Counted from the stretch's first letter, positions 12,471 to 26,706 are shown. The stretch: DNA of 64,000 bases from Octopus bimaculoides (GCF_001194135.2 NC_068981.1:122350148-122414147), one strand, 5' to 3'. Program-made: numbers and translations. The notes: generated by a model not told the origin, from the sequence alone.

Positions 12471-13922
12471 AGCTGGCCTCATACCAAACTAGAATGAATT
12501 ATTATCTTTTTGATCTATATCAGAGTAGAAAATCTCAGGCCAACACATTACACAAAACAATATTTCAAGTGGGATTTAAAGGGAATTAATTAATTTGAAT
12601 GATACAAAAATTACGAATGCCTTCAGTATTTTTTATATTTGAAACCTTTAAATCGCAGAGAAACCTACGAGAAATGTGGTTATTTAATAATGTACGCCGA
12701 TGAATATGCGATGAATATGCGTTGACCTTTCAACGAACAATCGCTATGTATTCCTTTAAATAAATCTAACCACAGGAGAAGTTTTAAAAAAACATTTGTA
12801 ATATTTTCTCCTTTTTCAGAAATTTAATGTAGTGAATGCATCCAATGTAAACGAAATTAGATGACAAACTTTATCGAGCCGGTATGGAGATATTACTTGT
12901 TTATATACCAGTATATTAGGGTTTAAATAATCGTTATTCAATAAATTTATGACAAAATATTATTTCCCTACAGCGTATTTTTATAATTTTTATAATATTT
13001 TAAAACTGGGTATAAGTTTGTGGTAAACTTTCAAATATTCAAAAGACTGTACATCCACTCTTAATTTACTTGTAGAATAGTACTTCGAAGTGGATACAAG
13101 ACTGAATATGCATTGGATAGGAGTTCAAAATATCGAAGGTAGGTTTCGATTACCGGACATATTAAACACAACATACGTATTCGTTGTAATAGACACGAAA
13201 TAGGATGCGTAAGTTTTAAAGAGATGTTATATAAATGTTTATGTTCTTTTCCTGAAAAATATTTGAACAAATCTATATAAGATAGGAAGATGTGTATATT
13301 ATCGTCATGATATACGCCTTTATTTGAATAGCAAAGATCGTTGTATTTCTGCCAACAAACAATTTCACATTCTGTTCAGCTAAAAATACACTGCTTCAAA
13401 TATCATCCATTTTAACAGATTCACTTATTTGTATATAGCAGATTGAAAAGATGCATCGAGAGGCTGACTATACAAATTATTAATGCGAACATAGAGCTTC
13501 AATATATTATGTAATAGTTGAAACACTGTCAGGGGTCTGTAAAACACAATAAACAAGATCAACTACGATAAATGAGGTTGAAATAAAATAAAAGACGATT
13601 ATGCAAAAAGTCAATAAGAAAAAGACAAAATGGAATTGTTCATAAAAAAGTAACAAGTACAGAAAGGAAGAAGGATGAATGATGAGAAACTTAGTCTGGT
13701 GCTAAGGTGGGGGAAAATAAACAAAAATTGTATTAAGAAAAAATAAATAAATAGAAAATTAGATAAAAATCAGAAACTGCTGCAAATATGTATAAATGAA
13801 CAACTAAATAACGTAGAAATAATGGTTCGTGGTAAAGAATAAGGAGGCAGAAGAGAGTAATTGTACATTCTTATTAGCATTTATATCTCTCATTATACAT
13901 ACATGCATGCAAAAATACATAA

Positions 13923-13962
<40 letters not shown>

Positions 13963-14107
13963 AGATATATACGTATGTACATATGTATGTATGTATANNN
14001 NNNNNNNNNNNNNNNNNNNNNNNNNNNNNNNNNNNNNNNNNNNNNNNNNNNNNNNNNNNNNNNNNNNNNNNNNNNNNNNNNNNNNNNNNNNNNNNNNNNN
14101 NNTATGC

Positions 14108-14144
<37 letters not shown>

Positions 14145-17100
14145 AATCTATATAGAGAGAGAAGGAGAGACAGAGGGAGAGTGTACGTGTGTGTATGTGA
14201 ACCTGCGATAAGGTACATGGTTGTGTATAATGGGTGTGCATTTTTGAGTGCGTGTACGTGCGAGTTCGTATGCGTATAAATATGCTAAAATGATGCAAGC
14301 AAACAATCGTAAAAGCTAATTCACTTGAAAATGACAGCGTGATATCACTTAACTGGCATTTATTCCAAGGTTGGCGGAAACAGCGTAACAGTCCAGTAGG
14401 AAAAAATACTTTATTGATGAAGGAGATGAGAGCAATGTATCATAGAATAAAAGAACACTTATCAGAATAGAAGAATACATCATAAAAATAATGAATAAAT
14501 ATTGAAATTCCTCTGCGTTTTTTCTTATAAAATGCTTCAAACCGAAAATGACACAAGCGTTTCTTTTCTTCGATATGAAAAGCACTGAATACATTGAAGG
14601 CATAGTGTATAATATGAACTACATTATGATGATGGAACTCTTGTTTTTTTTCTTCAAATTAATGAAAGGTCTAACGCTATGGTGGAGTTCCAAGCAAAAT
14701 GCACCAAAGTGAATGAAATAATAATAAAAAAATATATAAATTAGATTCTACGCAAATTGCGTCTAATCAAAATAACATGTGAAGCATTTCTTTTTTTTAA
14801 CTTTTTCATTTTGCTATTTCGATTTTAAAAAAAACATTTATATTTGATACAATTTTTGTTTTCCTCATTAACTGAAAGCTGTGAGAGTGCTATGAACACA
14901 AATAAATTATGCTAAATCTATATAAAAATTTCATCTCATGTCTAAATTCTAAAATACAAAAGCCACCTGCATCACACTAGCCATGGCTTTTTTTATTCAG
15001 ATATAAAAAATTGTAAGAGAATCTATGAATTAGTCTGTAGAGCGTAAGTCAAAGAAGAAGAAAAAGAAGAAGAAGAAGAAGACGACAACGATGACGATGA
15101 CGTATATATTGCCCAATGTATCGTTATTGTATAAAACCATAGTTTAGACAATTATTTTTTAGTGAAAGGAAATGCTCAAATATAATAGCAGAGTATATTG
15201 TGAGTAGACAGAAAATATGATACTAGAAAATTTTATCGTAGCTGCATTCAACACCAGAATGCGGAGAACAAAAAGTGCATGACATTTTGTTTTACGCTTG
15301 AACAATTCTATGTGTTTGTCCCCTCTAAGAATTTTACATTTCATTGACACTCTGTTGTTAATAACTTGAACAAGAGCAATAATGTTTTGAAAGACAACAC
15401 ATTTGTGATTAAGGATATGCAAATTGTTTATCATTCATTGTATTTATTTAAGTTGAACTAATTCATACTACTGTTTATTTTTCAAACTCCCTAATTTTTG
15501 TGACGGTGGGTTGTTATCGATTAGCTTTTTCTTAGATTGTCATTGCCGTTTATACAATACCCTGGGCTCCCATTTATATCTTATCATCACGGAGTTGTTA
15601 AAATAAGTAACATAATCTATTAGAATGACTATGCCAGTTCATTATTCATAAAGTAGGGTCTCGTTCCAATTCTTATTCTAAAGGAATGCGAGTCTGGGGA
15701 CAATGTTAGACTGAAGTACTAATTAGCATAGAGTACTTAATTGTGTTGTAATATCTGAATTCAAAATTAAACTGAATATCAATTCACATTTAATGCTTCC
15801 ATTCTCGATAATTTACGTGAAGCGCATGCATTTGAATGATCAGTTAACATTGGTCTCTCTCTCTCTCTCTTTCTCCCTGTCTCTTTCTCCCTCTCTTTCT
15901 CTCTCTCTGTCTCTCTCTCTCTCTCTATTTTCATTTCTTTCTTGTAAACGTTTGTGTCTCTTTTCAAATTTATTTGGTGAATGCCAAAGACGTTCCTTTT
16001 ACATTATTGAACTGTTCACATTAGAAGAAAGAAACTAATTGCTGTGTGACATTGTATATTGTTTGCTGCAGTATCAACAATTCATCGCACCACTCACCAT
16101 TCTACCATTGTTAAATTAAAGCAGTTTGTAAATAGGCTGTCAAATTATCAAGGGTCTGATAGACGCATATTTTACTGAAAAATTCTGCAAACATTTTGAA
16201 GTGGTATCAAATAAATAACATAATTATGTGGTTGTAACAACACAGATGTTTTGCAATTGAATAACATTTTTGACTGGAAGGAATAGAATGCAACTCTCAT
16301 AACCGAGTCTATCTTGAGAAGTGATTTAATGCTTTGCTTTTTATTTTAATCATTACGGAGAAAACCTTGTTGTATATGTAAGGAAATCAAAATATAATTT
16401 TCAAAGTTTCATCGATGTAATTTTTCATTTCATAATAAGATACTTATTAATAAAGAAGGCTGAGAAACTTTATCCAACTGCACATGTCAAATCTTTGACT
16501 CATTATATATATATTTATCATATTCATAAGCTTCTTTAATTGGATGTAACGCCTATGTTGACGCTTTTAGTGATGTGCATTCTTCTACATATTTTTTTTC
16601 TTTTTTCTTATTTGGAAATGTATAAAGTTAAAGTGATACTCAATATATATGGTGATACCCTTGTCTAGGAAATATGTCGTCTTCAGTATCTAAGGACATT
16701 TGAATTTTGCTACATACATGATATTTGTCCGAAATTCTTAAGAGAACTGAAATTTACTATTTGAATAAAAGGGGAATGAGGGCCATTTTCAAAACCCCTA
16801 ACGCGCGGACAATTATGACAAAGTTCTGAATTTTGGGGGTTTCATATCCTCAGAAAGTCTGAAATAAACATGTTAAAATGAATTTTGTGTGACGGGTACA
16901 CTTGAAAAATGACATCAAACAGTTTCTAAATCCCAATAGTTTTCTTTCGTATAGTTAGATTTTGAGTATTCGACGCTTTCCAGTGATAAAACAAGGTGAA
17001 TTGTGATCATATTAGGACAAACGCATGTTATGTATACTGCTAATATTGACAGAAGATGCATCTCTTTATATTGGCAGTATAATTGGTCTCACAGAATTCT

Positions 17101-17949
17101 GGCTTTTACAAGTAAACCATCAAACAACAGAAAGAATGTTCAACACTATTAGATATGTCGTGAGAACCCCTATAATATGCACATAATGTTTGCCGTGGAA
17201 GTTCAGTAATATCTGTAATTTCATTCATATATGAAGTATAGCGCATACGTTCTCTAATTCAAAAAAGACGACTATAAATTAATCATCCCCTGAGAGACTA
17301 ACATTATTTACTCTAAACATTCCATTTTCATTGTAGAGTTTATCAGCTCCAATTCGGTTTGATTAGTCCTTTTTTTTCTTGTTGGAGTTCGGTAATGCGA
17401 AGAGAGAACTGTTGAGAAATGAAATCGTAATCTGAATATTGTAGGCATCAGGAATGATGTTATTATTTTAAGATTTTACGCTATGTGTTTAAAATATGTT
17501 AGAAATTTATTTTAAAATCTACGAATATTTCAACAGTTTTCCATTTGGAAGAGTCTAAAAGAGAAAAAGTAAATTTGACATAATGACTTTTGTCACTGAT
17601 TACATCGGACAATTAACTCCAAAGAATAAGCAGCCATCCTACCATTTATATCCTGTTATGTACCTTAAAAGAGGTAAATATTTTACTGTTTTAATATAAA
17701 TAACCACTCCCAAGACTTTCTATCTCGCCAAATGATATGTAGATACGTGGTATTTAGTTATGCAACCATAATATACTATAAAATATATTAAATGTTTTTA
17801 TAAGTCAATGCCATGTTCTACCGCGTTAGCAGTGCTTTTTACATTATTTTGTTAAAGCTATTTCAACAGCTGTTCAATAGAAATTATAGCCATCACTGAT
17901 TTTTGCTACAATGTTTCATATCGAGACGTGTGATGTAAACAAACAACGA

Positions 17950-18270
17950 AAAGGAGCAAATCCCCACCCTGAATTGTACACAGTTTCTCGTCTCTATCCT
18001 AAACCATTATGTCAGGATAATTGAGCTTATATTTTATTGAGCTTTTCACTGGGACATTCCACCAGCATTCCATTTAATTAAGAGTGCTTATGGCTTCAAC
18101 TATACTGTGATTTTTTTTCTTTCTTTGTGCTAGGTGTTATCCATCCGTCAGATTTCGTTATAGTGTCCTAGCTATAATATCTCTCATCTCAGTAGATAAT
18201 CCTGACATTTTCGGACAACTACTTATGTTGTGGGTGATATATTCGGTATTCGCTCCACTAAGATTGCATC
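17950..18270 (-). mobile_element. RLE-type (R4/Dong/NeSL-like) LINE fragment
   Basis: Minus-strand translation gives 'TEYITHNISSCPKMS...RDIIARTL' (zinc-knuckle/RHD region) and 'WNVPVKSSIKYKLNYPDIMV*DRDEKLCTI' (PD motif of the restriction-like endonuclease). Confidence 0.65.
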
Positions 18271-18330
18271 ATATGTATGTATGCATGAATGTTATTGTTG
18301 TTGTTGTTGTTGTTATTATTTTTATTTTAG

Positions 18331-19012
<682 letters not shown>

Positions 19013-20689
19013 NNNNNNNNNNNNNNNNNNNNNNNNNNNNNNNNNNNNNNNNNNNNNNNNNNNNNNNNNNNNNNNNNNNNNNNNNNNNNNNNNNNNNNNN
19101 NNNNNNNNNNNNNNNNNNNNNNNNNNNNNNNNNNNNNNNNNNNNNNNNNNNNNNNNNNNNNNNNNNNNNNNNNNNNNNNNNNNNNNNNNNNNNNNNNNNN
19201 NNNNNNNNNNNNNNNNNNNNNNNNNNNNNNNNNNNNNNNNNNNNNNNNNNNNNNNNNNNNNNNNNNNNNNNNNNNNNNNNNNNNNNNNNNNNNNNNNNNN
19301 NNNNNNNNNNNNNNNNNNNNNNNNNNNNNNNNNNNNNNNNNNNNNNNNNNNNNNNNNNNNNNNNNNNNNNNNNNNNNNNNNNNNNNNNNNNNNNNNNNNN
19401 NNNNNNNNNNNNNNNNNNNNNNNNNNNNNNNNNNNNNNNNNNNNNNNNNNNNNNNNNNNNNNNNNNNNNNNNNNATATATATATATATATATATACGTGG
19501 GTATGTGTGTGTTGGTGTTGGTGTATGTCCGTGTGTCTCATAGTGAATATTTTCATATCAGTCTACTGAATACTTCTGCTTACTCGTTCAATTTTCTCAT
19601 GTTCTCTTTTATTAAATTTTTATATATAATCTCTTCACAAAGCTCTGGGTGGTGTGTCATGTATTCCCCAGCCCATTGGAAAATAAGGAAAATGCATACA
19701 AATCATTAAATTCAATATATTTAATTGCTTGAAAACAATATTATTCAAATTGTCTTGTAGTTACCTTTTAAAAAATCTTGCTTCACTTTCGTTAATATTG
19801 ACGAAGTTCATTATACTTTTGTATTTATATCTTTTTAAGTCATAAACCACAATGTAGTCCTGTGTCACACGTACAAAAATATCTAATCTAATATTTATAT
19901 TGGTATATTTCTGCGAAAAGTTGTCGTTTCTTATTTTCGTAAGTGCATCGTATAGTCAGATAGAATGCGTTGAATTAATTTGGTTCTCTGAACTTTGAAT
20001 CCATATCCAGATTGAATCAATTTCACCTGTTATAATTCTAGGGCTGATGAAAATCAGAAACAGTCCTGGGTCGCTGCAGCTCTGCCTCACTCTGGTTGTA
20101 ATATCTTGATCTTTCCACTTCATCAAAAGTGAAAGGAGTGAAACGATATCCTGTGACATCTTGTAACTACAGTTCTGGGATTGTACAAACCACAATGAAA
20201 TGGTGCACCTGTTGAAAAGCACCGAATCAGTGATTGCTCATACACTGTAACTTTTCGGAGAGTAGATGTTTAAAAAGGAATTTTTAAAGGATTTATATTC
20301 TTTCATGGCTAATGTTTTGCTGTGATATATGCAGACTCAGTGAAAACCGTCATTTCATGTTTTGTTATATTCATATTATAGGCCGATGGATTAGCAGAAA
20401 CAGAGGAACACCTGATGCATGACCGTACATTATTAGTTATGTTTCTTTAAAGAGTATGTTCAAATAATCGTGTAGAGGTTTCCATTACAAATTCATGGTA
20501 GCTTTTTTCTCGGACGGTAATCAAATATTTTTAACATTTCATCTCCCTGAATGAATACAGTTATTGACATAGTGTATCTGGTATGCCACTTCAGAAATAA
20601 CATGCAGCTACTTTTCTTTTCTAGCACTTGACAAACCCTACATTATGAGCAGTTACTTGTAATCTAATGTAATCTAATACTTAAAAATA

Positions 20690-20925
20690 AGTTGGGTGAA
20701 CTGGCAGAAATTTTAGAGCATCAAAAATATTGTAAAGCGGTATTTATTTGCTGATTATTTCATTGTGACTTCAGTTCTCGCTGAGGACGATTATTTTGCG
20801 TGTTATCGTATTCACGTCAATATAGTAAAACATAGGTTACAATACAAGTCCAAAATTAAATCGATATAATGGACATTTCCCTCTATCTGGTGTTGTGCCT
20901 ATCTTAGAAAACAACCCTACACTAT
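20690..20925 (+). mobile_element. Very diverged SINE family B copy
   Basis: 'ggtgaactggcagaaattttagagc...cggtattt' resembles the family-B head; the remainder is weak. Confidence 0.45.
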
Positions 20926-22535
20926 CCGAAATGTCCAAGTTTCTTAAAAAGAGAAAAATATTGTATATCATTACTTTAAGCAGCTTCGATGATATTTATA
21001 GAATAACATGTCGCTACATATAACAGACATCACTGACGCGCCTCTTTAATGAAGTTTGATAATCCCATAACGTATACACGCAGTGAGAAAAGGAAATAGA
21101 GAAAGAGAAACAAATAATATATTTAAGTCTGAAAATGTTGATTTCCAGTATCAGTTAAAATTGTGGTTCTACAACAATCGGTTTAGCCAGTTTTGCGTTC
21201 ATTTACTGAAGCACACTAGTGCAGCAGATAACTACGTAGCTGCACGCATGCTACAGGATATAAATGGTTGACACCATCAATTTAGGCCACTCTCTCATTA
21301 TCTCTCCATATACATATAACACTTACCAATACAAAATGTTTTCTCAATATAGAAGAATTCAGTGTGTGTTATAATTCCTTATATAGGTATTTGCTAACCA
21401 CTACACACATTATTTTTCTCTGCTTGTTTCTCTCCTTGTTTCTTTCTGTGTTCCTTTCTGTGGAAGAGCGTAGGCTCGAAACGTTAAAGACTTTTTCAAT
21501 TCCCGAGCGTTATACTAACGTGTCTGTTTGTTTTCTACACCACTTGTCTTCGACTTTTTTTTGTGTTAATTCTCCCTATAATTGCATGTATATTTTATTA
21601 ACGCATTGATGAAGCTTGCACACATGGTTTTAGCAGTGTATCTCAATGGGATTGAAAGTTACATGTACATAAGCTCTGGATTATAAGTTGATTAGCACTC
21701 AACATTTGGAATGTATTTCCTCTCCTGCAATTAAATGTAAATCGTAATTGTTTTATGTTGTTTTATTTGCAGTCGTTGGGGAAAGGTTCTGCGTTTGGTT
21801 CGATTCATATGGGGTAGCTTAGAGTAGGTTTGTGTCTTCAAATAACGGAGATCATTTTTGATTTTACTGATAAATTAATTGCAGATATTTCATGACGCAA
21901 ATTATTTCTAAACATTAAAAGAGATTTTTAATACATTTTGATTATTGTGCGGTATATGTAAAGGGAGAGTTGGGTTTATTCAGCTAATATTTTTATTTCA
22001 ATTACTTTTACTTTTGATTCATCAAATTATGTCGTTTCTGACAATAGCTTTTATATTGGAACTGTTATTTGAGAGATTTTATAATTTATGCGAGATGTGT
22101 GTCAACATGATATTGATATTTTCATGTTGATGGCCGGAAGGTTTTTGAATGTCTTAGTGTTTCGCTCAGTAAACCAAGAAGGTGGTGAAATTAGCAAGAG
22201 TTAGTATGACAGAGAAAGGCTAATACACTCCTCTGAAAACGGAAATGGGTTACGTAACACTTCAGTCGTATATTTAGCGTATGATGTACATAATGAACAT
22301 GTTTGAGTGTACATACATGAGTGAGTGGGTGCGTGATGATTTCGTATGTAAAAGCATGCACACACCTACACACACACACGCCCACATATATATACATATA
22401 TGCACACACATGTATATATATACATACACACACATATATAAATGTATGTATACATATATAAGCATAGTTATTTAACTATACACAAAATATAAAATCGTAT
22501 ATAAATATATATGTATATATATATATGCATAAATG

Positions 22536-22621
<86 letters not shown>

Positions 22622-22622
22622 C

Positions 22623-23033
22623 ATGTGTGGAGTGAAAGCGTTTGAAGAGGCCAGGATGACGCAAGCAGGACTCAAGAGGTATTTAAGGAAAAATGTAAAG
22701 ATCGAGAAGGTGAATGCCAAGGACCTTTTTGTGTGCACAGTCTGTGACAAATCATGCCTGTCTTTGGCTGGCCTAAAATCTGACCTGCGAACCCATGGAA
22801 AACAAACTTCAACCAGGTATTCTGATTATGTGTCTGTGTACACCTTTGAATGTGGTGTGTGCCAGAGAGCTTGCAAATCCAATGGGGGTCTTACAAGACA
22901 TGTTAGGATCCACAATGCGCAGAACTTACCTACAGGTATTCGTAGTACAAATCAGAGGTGCAATCTGTGTGGGTGTTTTTTCAAAAGATTGTCTGGTTTA
23001 AAAAGCCACATCAGACGCTATGAAAGGGCTTAG
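22623..23033 (+). CDS. 136-aa open frame, TE-derived C2H2 zinc-finger polypeptide (expression unknown)
   Basis: ATG at 22623 to TAG at 23031-23033 with no internal stop. Finger 2 is intact; finger 1 has H>D and finger 3 has H>Y. The longer track ORF only adds (TA)n-derived YI repeats. Confidence 0.3.
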   Translation: MCGVKAFEEARMTQAGLKRYLRKNVKIEKVNAKDLFVCTVCDKSCLSLAGLKSDLRTHGKQTSTRYSDYVSVYTFECGVCQRACKSNGGLTRHVRIHNAQNLPTGIRSTNQRCNLCGCFFKRLSGLKSHIRRYERA

Positions 23034-23083
23034 GTGTAGGTGCAGGAGGTTGTCAAACTCTGTGTAAGGACTAGACAACAACC
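22626..23083 (+). mobile_element. 5'-truncated RTE-clade LINE 3' end with three C2H2 zinc fingers
   Basis: '[21 protein letters not shown]' followed by CxxC-12-HxxxH fingers matches the RTE/BovB-type ORF C-terminus (G.K.FE..R....KR..RK...F.C..C.R.C.S..GL.SH.R.H). A short 3' UTR follows. Flanking direct repeat atatatacatg lies at 22615-22625 and 23084-23094. Confidence 0.75.
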
Positions 23084-23096
23084 ATATATACATGCG

Positions 23097-23128
<32 letters not shown>

Positions 23129-23649
23129 AGTAAAAATAAATACAAAAAGGGGTTTTGTATGATTGTGTATAGAGGAATATATTATTTGGTTTAAAAGAGT
23201 TCCAACACTGTCTGTTTTTTATGTTTTATTTATATTCCTGCAAAACCAATGTGGGATATAGAATATGGAATATACAATATATAATATAAAATGAAAATGG
23301 ATGGTACAATGAAATAAAGTATTGAATGTCTTATTGAATATATGGAATATGTCTTATTGAATAGATGTAATATTGAGTGTTCAATATAAAGAATTAAATN
23401 NNNNNNNNNNNNNNNNNNNNNNNNNNNNNNNNNNNNNNNNNNNNNNNNNNNNNNNNNNNNNNNNNNNNNNNNNNNNNNNNNNNNNNNNNNNNNNNNNNNN
23501 NNNNNNNNNNNNNNNNNNNNNNNNNNNNNNNNNNNNNNNNNNNNNNNNNNNNNNNNNNNNNNNNNNNNNNNNNNNNNNNNNNNNNNNNNNNNNNNNNNNN
23601 NNNNNNNNNNNNNNNNNNNNNNNNNNNNNNNNNNNNNNNNNNNNNNNNN

Positions 23650-23846
23650 TCTAACCCGCTAGAAGGAGCAGTCAAAACTCCACACTACAATTAGGGATAA
23701 TTTCGTAAAGGAATGAAAAATAAAAATACTTACCATCTATTTTGGTTCGGAAAATATAGGTGGTAAATGTTTTTATGTTTCATTCCCTTTCGAAATTATC
23801 CCTAATTGTGGTGTGGAGTTTTGACTGCTCCTTCTAGTGGGTTAGA
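23650..23846. mobile_element. ~200-bp palindromic MITE-like element
   Basis: 23650-23705 is the reverse complement of the right end with 2 mismatches in 56 nt, and pairing continues imperfectly almost to the centre. The left end abuts a gap. Confidence 0.85.
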
Positions 23847-24004
23847 TGTCCTATTATGGTCATCTCTCTTATATGTTTAAATGTACACTGTATGTATTTT
23901 TATGAACAATATATAGTCTATTGACTATTTTTTCCTTCTTGCTAGACAACTGGCAGCAAATAGAATTTCTACAAATGTTTTTGCTACCCTCAGATCTATT
24001 AATG

Positions 24005-24036
<32 letters not shown>

Positions 24037-24230
24037 CGCACTTGCGAGGAAGAAGAGTTGTATCATCGACAGTTGAGTTTTACTTTGTGTTGTGTATGTA
24101 CAATTTATACAGCATATCTCTTTAGCTATTTTGTATGTGTACATTTAAGGACAACGTTTTGCTTTTATACATCATGGTATTTCTCTCCTGTTATTGCTTT
24201 TAGTGTTCTGCTACATATTTTCTTTTTCTC

Positions 24231-24285
24231 GTTGTTGTTGTTGTTGTTGTTGTTGTTGTTCTTCTTCTTCTTCTTCTTCTTCTTC

Positions 24286-24350
<65 letters not shown>

Positions 24351-24361
24351 GGTTGTTGTTA
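24231..24361. repeat. Compound (GTT)n(CTT)n(ATT)n microsatellite
   Basis: Visible adjacent triplet blocks. Confidence 0.95.
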
Positions 24362-26324
24362 CCAGACGAGAAATTGGGACGAGTAATAATGTATTATAGG
24401 AGAGAATTTCAACAAAGAGAATTGAAATGCATGAGAAATTAAGTGAAGGATGAAAAAGAAGAGATTTTATAGAAGGCAAGCATAGTAATAGAAATTAAGA
24501 GACAGAGAAATTGGTATAGATAAAGAGAAATTGAATAAGAGAGAGAGAGGGTGTGAGCCTGTGAGATTGGGAAAATACTGAGAAAAGGATGAAAAGGTAA
24601 AGAAGGAAAACGTGAGTGTAAGGAATATGAGGTAAGTGAATGAAAGAGCTTGAGTGTGTATTTTAAGTGCATTACCACTCACACCACGTACATGATGATT
24701 CAGTACTTTCTCTGCACATCTCATATCATGCTCAATATTCAATCTTTAATTAGTAAATGCATTGCACGACTTCATTATTTCATACATTATTTTTATTTGT
24801 TTAGCTATATTTAAACCATATGGAAATCTTTGGGTTGGTAGTTTTTGTTTCATTTTCTGCTATATCCCTCCTTTTATTAAAAATTCACTTATTGTATTTT
24901 CTTTTAATATTTATTTATCATTTATGTTCCTTGTTTTTAATCTAGACAAATCCAAATTTCTATAAATGCATGCACACATAAATACACACATACATTTGTG
25001 TGTATGTACGTGTATATATATATATACATTGTCGTGCGTGTCTGGACTAGTCTGTGCGTACAACCGTGTCTTTGTGTGTTGGTGTTTTTCTCATTCGTTA
25101 TTATTCATTATTTATTAGGCCTCGTGATTGTAGAGACGGATGATATCATTCTATATATTGCTTTTCCTTTTTCGATACTTCTATGTTGGTTTCTCGATAT
25201 TATTATTTTCTTATACGTTTCGTCTTATTTCATTTCTGTTGATATGTATGAACGTTCCTGTTGATATGTATGAACGTTGCGCATTCTTTTACAACATACC
25301 CTAACCATGTTTTAGTATAAGAATGTTTATTAGGCTTGTAGAATTAGCAGCCATAGGTTTTCCCTTCAAGTAATAAGACCATACCATCTAAGAAAATTCC
25401 AGGACATACTGAATACCTTAATCATAGAATCAATACATATGAAACAAGAAAGTTCAGGGGATGAAATTGGCTGTAATTCTTTCCGTTTTAGGTCTTTTTC
25501 AACCGGAGTTGAACTGGAGTTGGACCAGATTTGGCTGGAGCTGGACCGAAGTTGGCCAGAGTTGAGCCATCGTTTTTCTAAATGCATGTAATGTTACACC
25601 CGCCACGGAATCAATACAAGGGAAAAAGTGCTACATAAGATTTCTAATTTAGGTACATTGGAAGGAGAAAATAAATCGATCAAAAGCACTTGTTTGGTTT
25701 TATATTTAATTAATCAGTTACGGATGAATGGGTATGCTTACTTCGGTTTGATTTGATCTTATAACATAATAATCCAGAAGAAATATCACAAGTTATTTTC
25801 ACAATTCTCTAACGATGCAGCCAATAAAATACCTTAAACTGCGAAAATAATAAAAGACAAAAATGAAGAAAAAATATTTTTAAAAAGTACGAAAAAGAGA
25901 TAAGAAAGAATACATATACCAAACATATGTAAAATTCTAATAAAATCTTTCAATAATTATATTTTCTGTACGCAGGTGAAATGCAATTTAAATAGCTTTC
26001 CTTTTAATTAAGCATGCCTTAGTATAAGACGCAGTTCCGTTGAATAAAACCATAAAAGCTTAAGAGGCTTGTAATCAAATAAATGACACTACCTGTTGTT
26101 AAGTTCAATGCACATGCTGAACACATTCCCCGGTACATCGACAGCGTCTTACATATTTATACATAATCCCTTAATTATTTCCTGTGCGAAAGTGAGATCA
26201 ACCGAAGTTGCAATTTGTAGGGATTTTTATATTTTTTTTCCCATTTACATGACTAGATTTATATATATGTCACGCTATATTGTATCTATTATATTAGCAT
26301 GCAGATACCGCTCTGTCCCTCCCC

Positions 26325-26357
<33 letters not shown>

Positions 26358-26662
26358 GCTCTCCTTCTCTCTCTCTCTTTCATTCTCTTTTACCCATTTA
26401 TTTTCACTTTCTCGCTCTCTATATATATTGAAGTGTATATACACACATACATTTATACTTTGTAATCAATACGTCAACACGCATGCATCTATGAATGCAA
26501 TATGGATGCATGCGTGTTTTTATAGGTTCTAAGTACGCTGAATGATATCTATAAACTACCTGTATAAATGTTATAGGGACATATTTATTAAAACAAAATT
26601 ACGCTGTCTTATATATAGACGTGCATTCAAAATTTTAAAACTTAGGTATATCAATACGTGCC

Positions 26663-26706
<44 letters not shown>

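Noticed and set aside
20035-20072. Hammerhead-like CTGATGA...GAAAC.GTC
   Set aside because: Stem II cannot form (aaatca) and stem I pairs for only about 2 bp.
20070-20105. 'YYNQSEA' similarity to MHC class I
   Set aside because: A seven-residue coincidence with no surrounding similarity, and implausible for this lineage.
21773-21820. Strong acceptor followed by kinase-like 'SLGKGSAFG'
   Set aside because: It does not fit GxGxxG spacing, all frames stop within about 55 nt, and the ggttcgattc suggests a SINE head relic.
22533-23033. Host C2H2 zinc-finger gene of the cephalopod expansion
   Set aside because: There are no TGEKP linkers, the upstream peptide matches an RTE ORF end, and it has a TSD-like flank. 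It is treated as LINE-derived.
25236-25278. 22-bp tandem duplication (similar ones near 4095-4130 and 49150-49195)
   Set aside because: These are ordinary local slippage duplications with no further structure.
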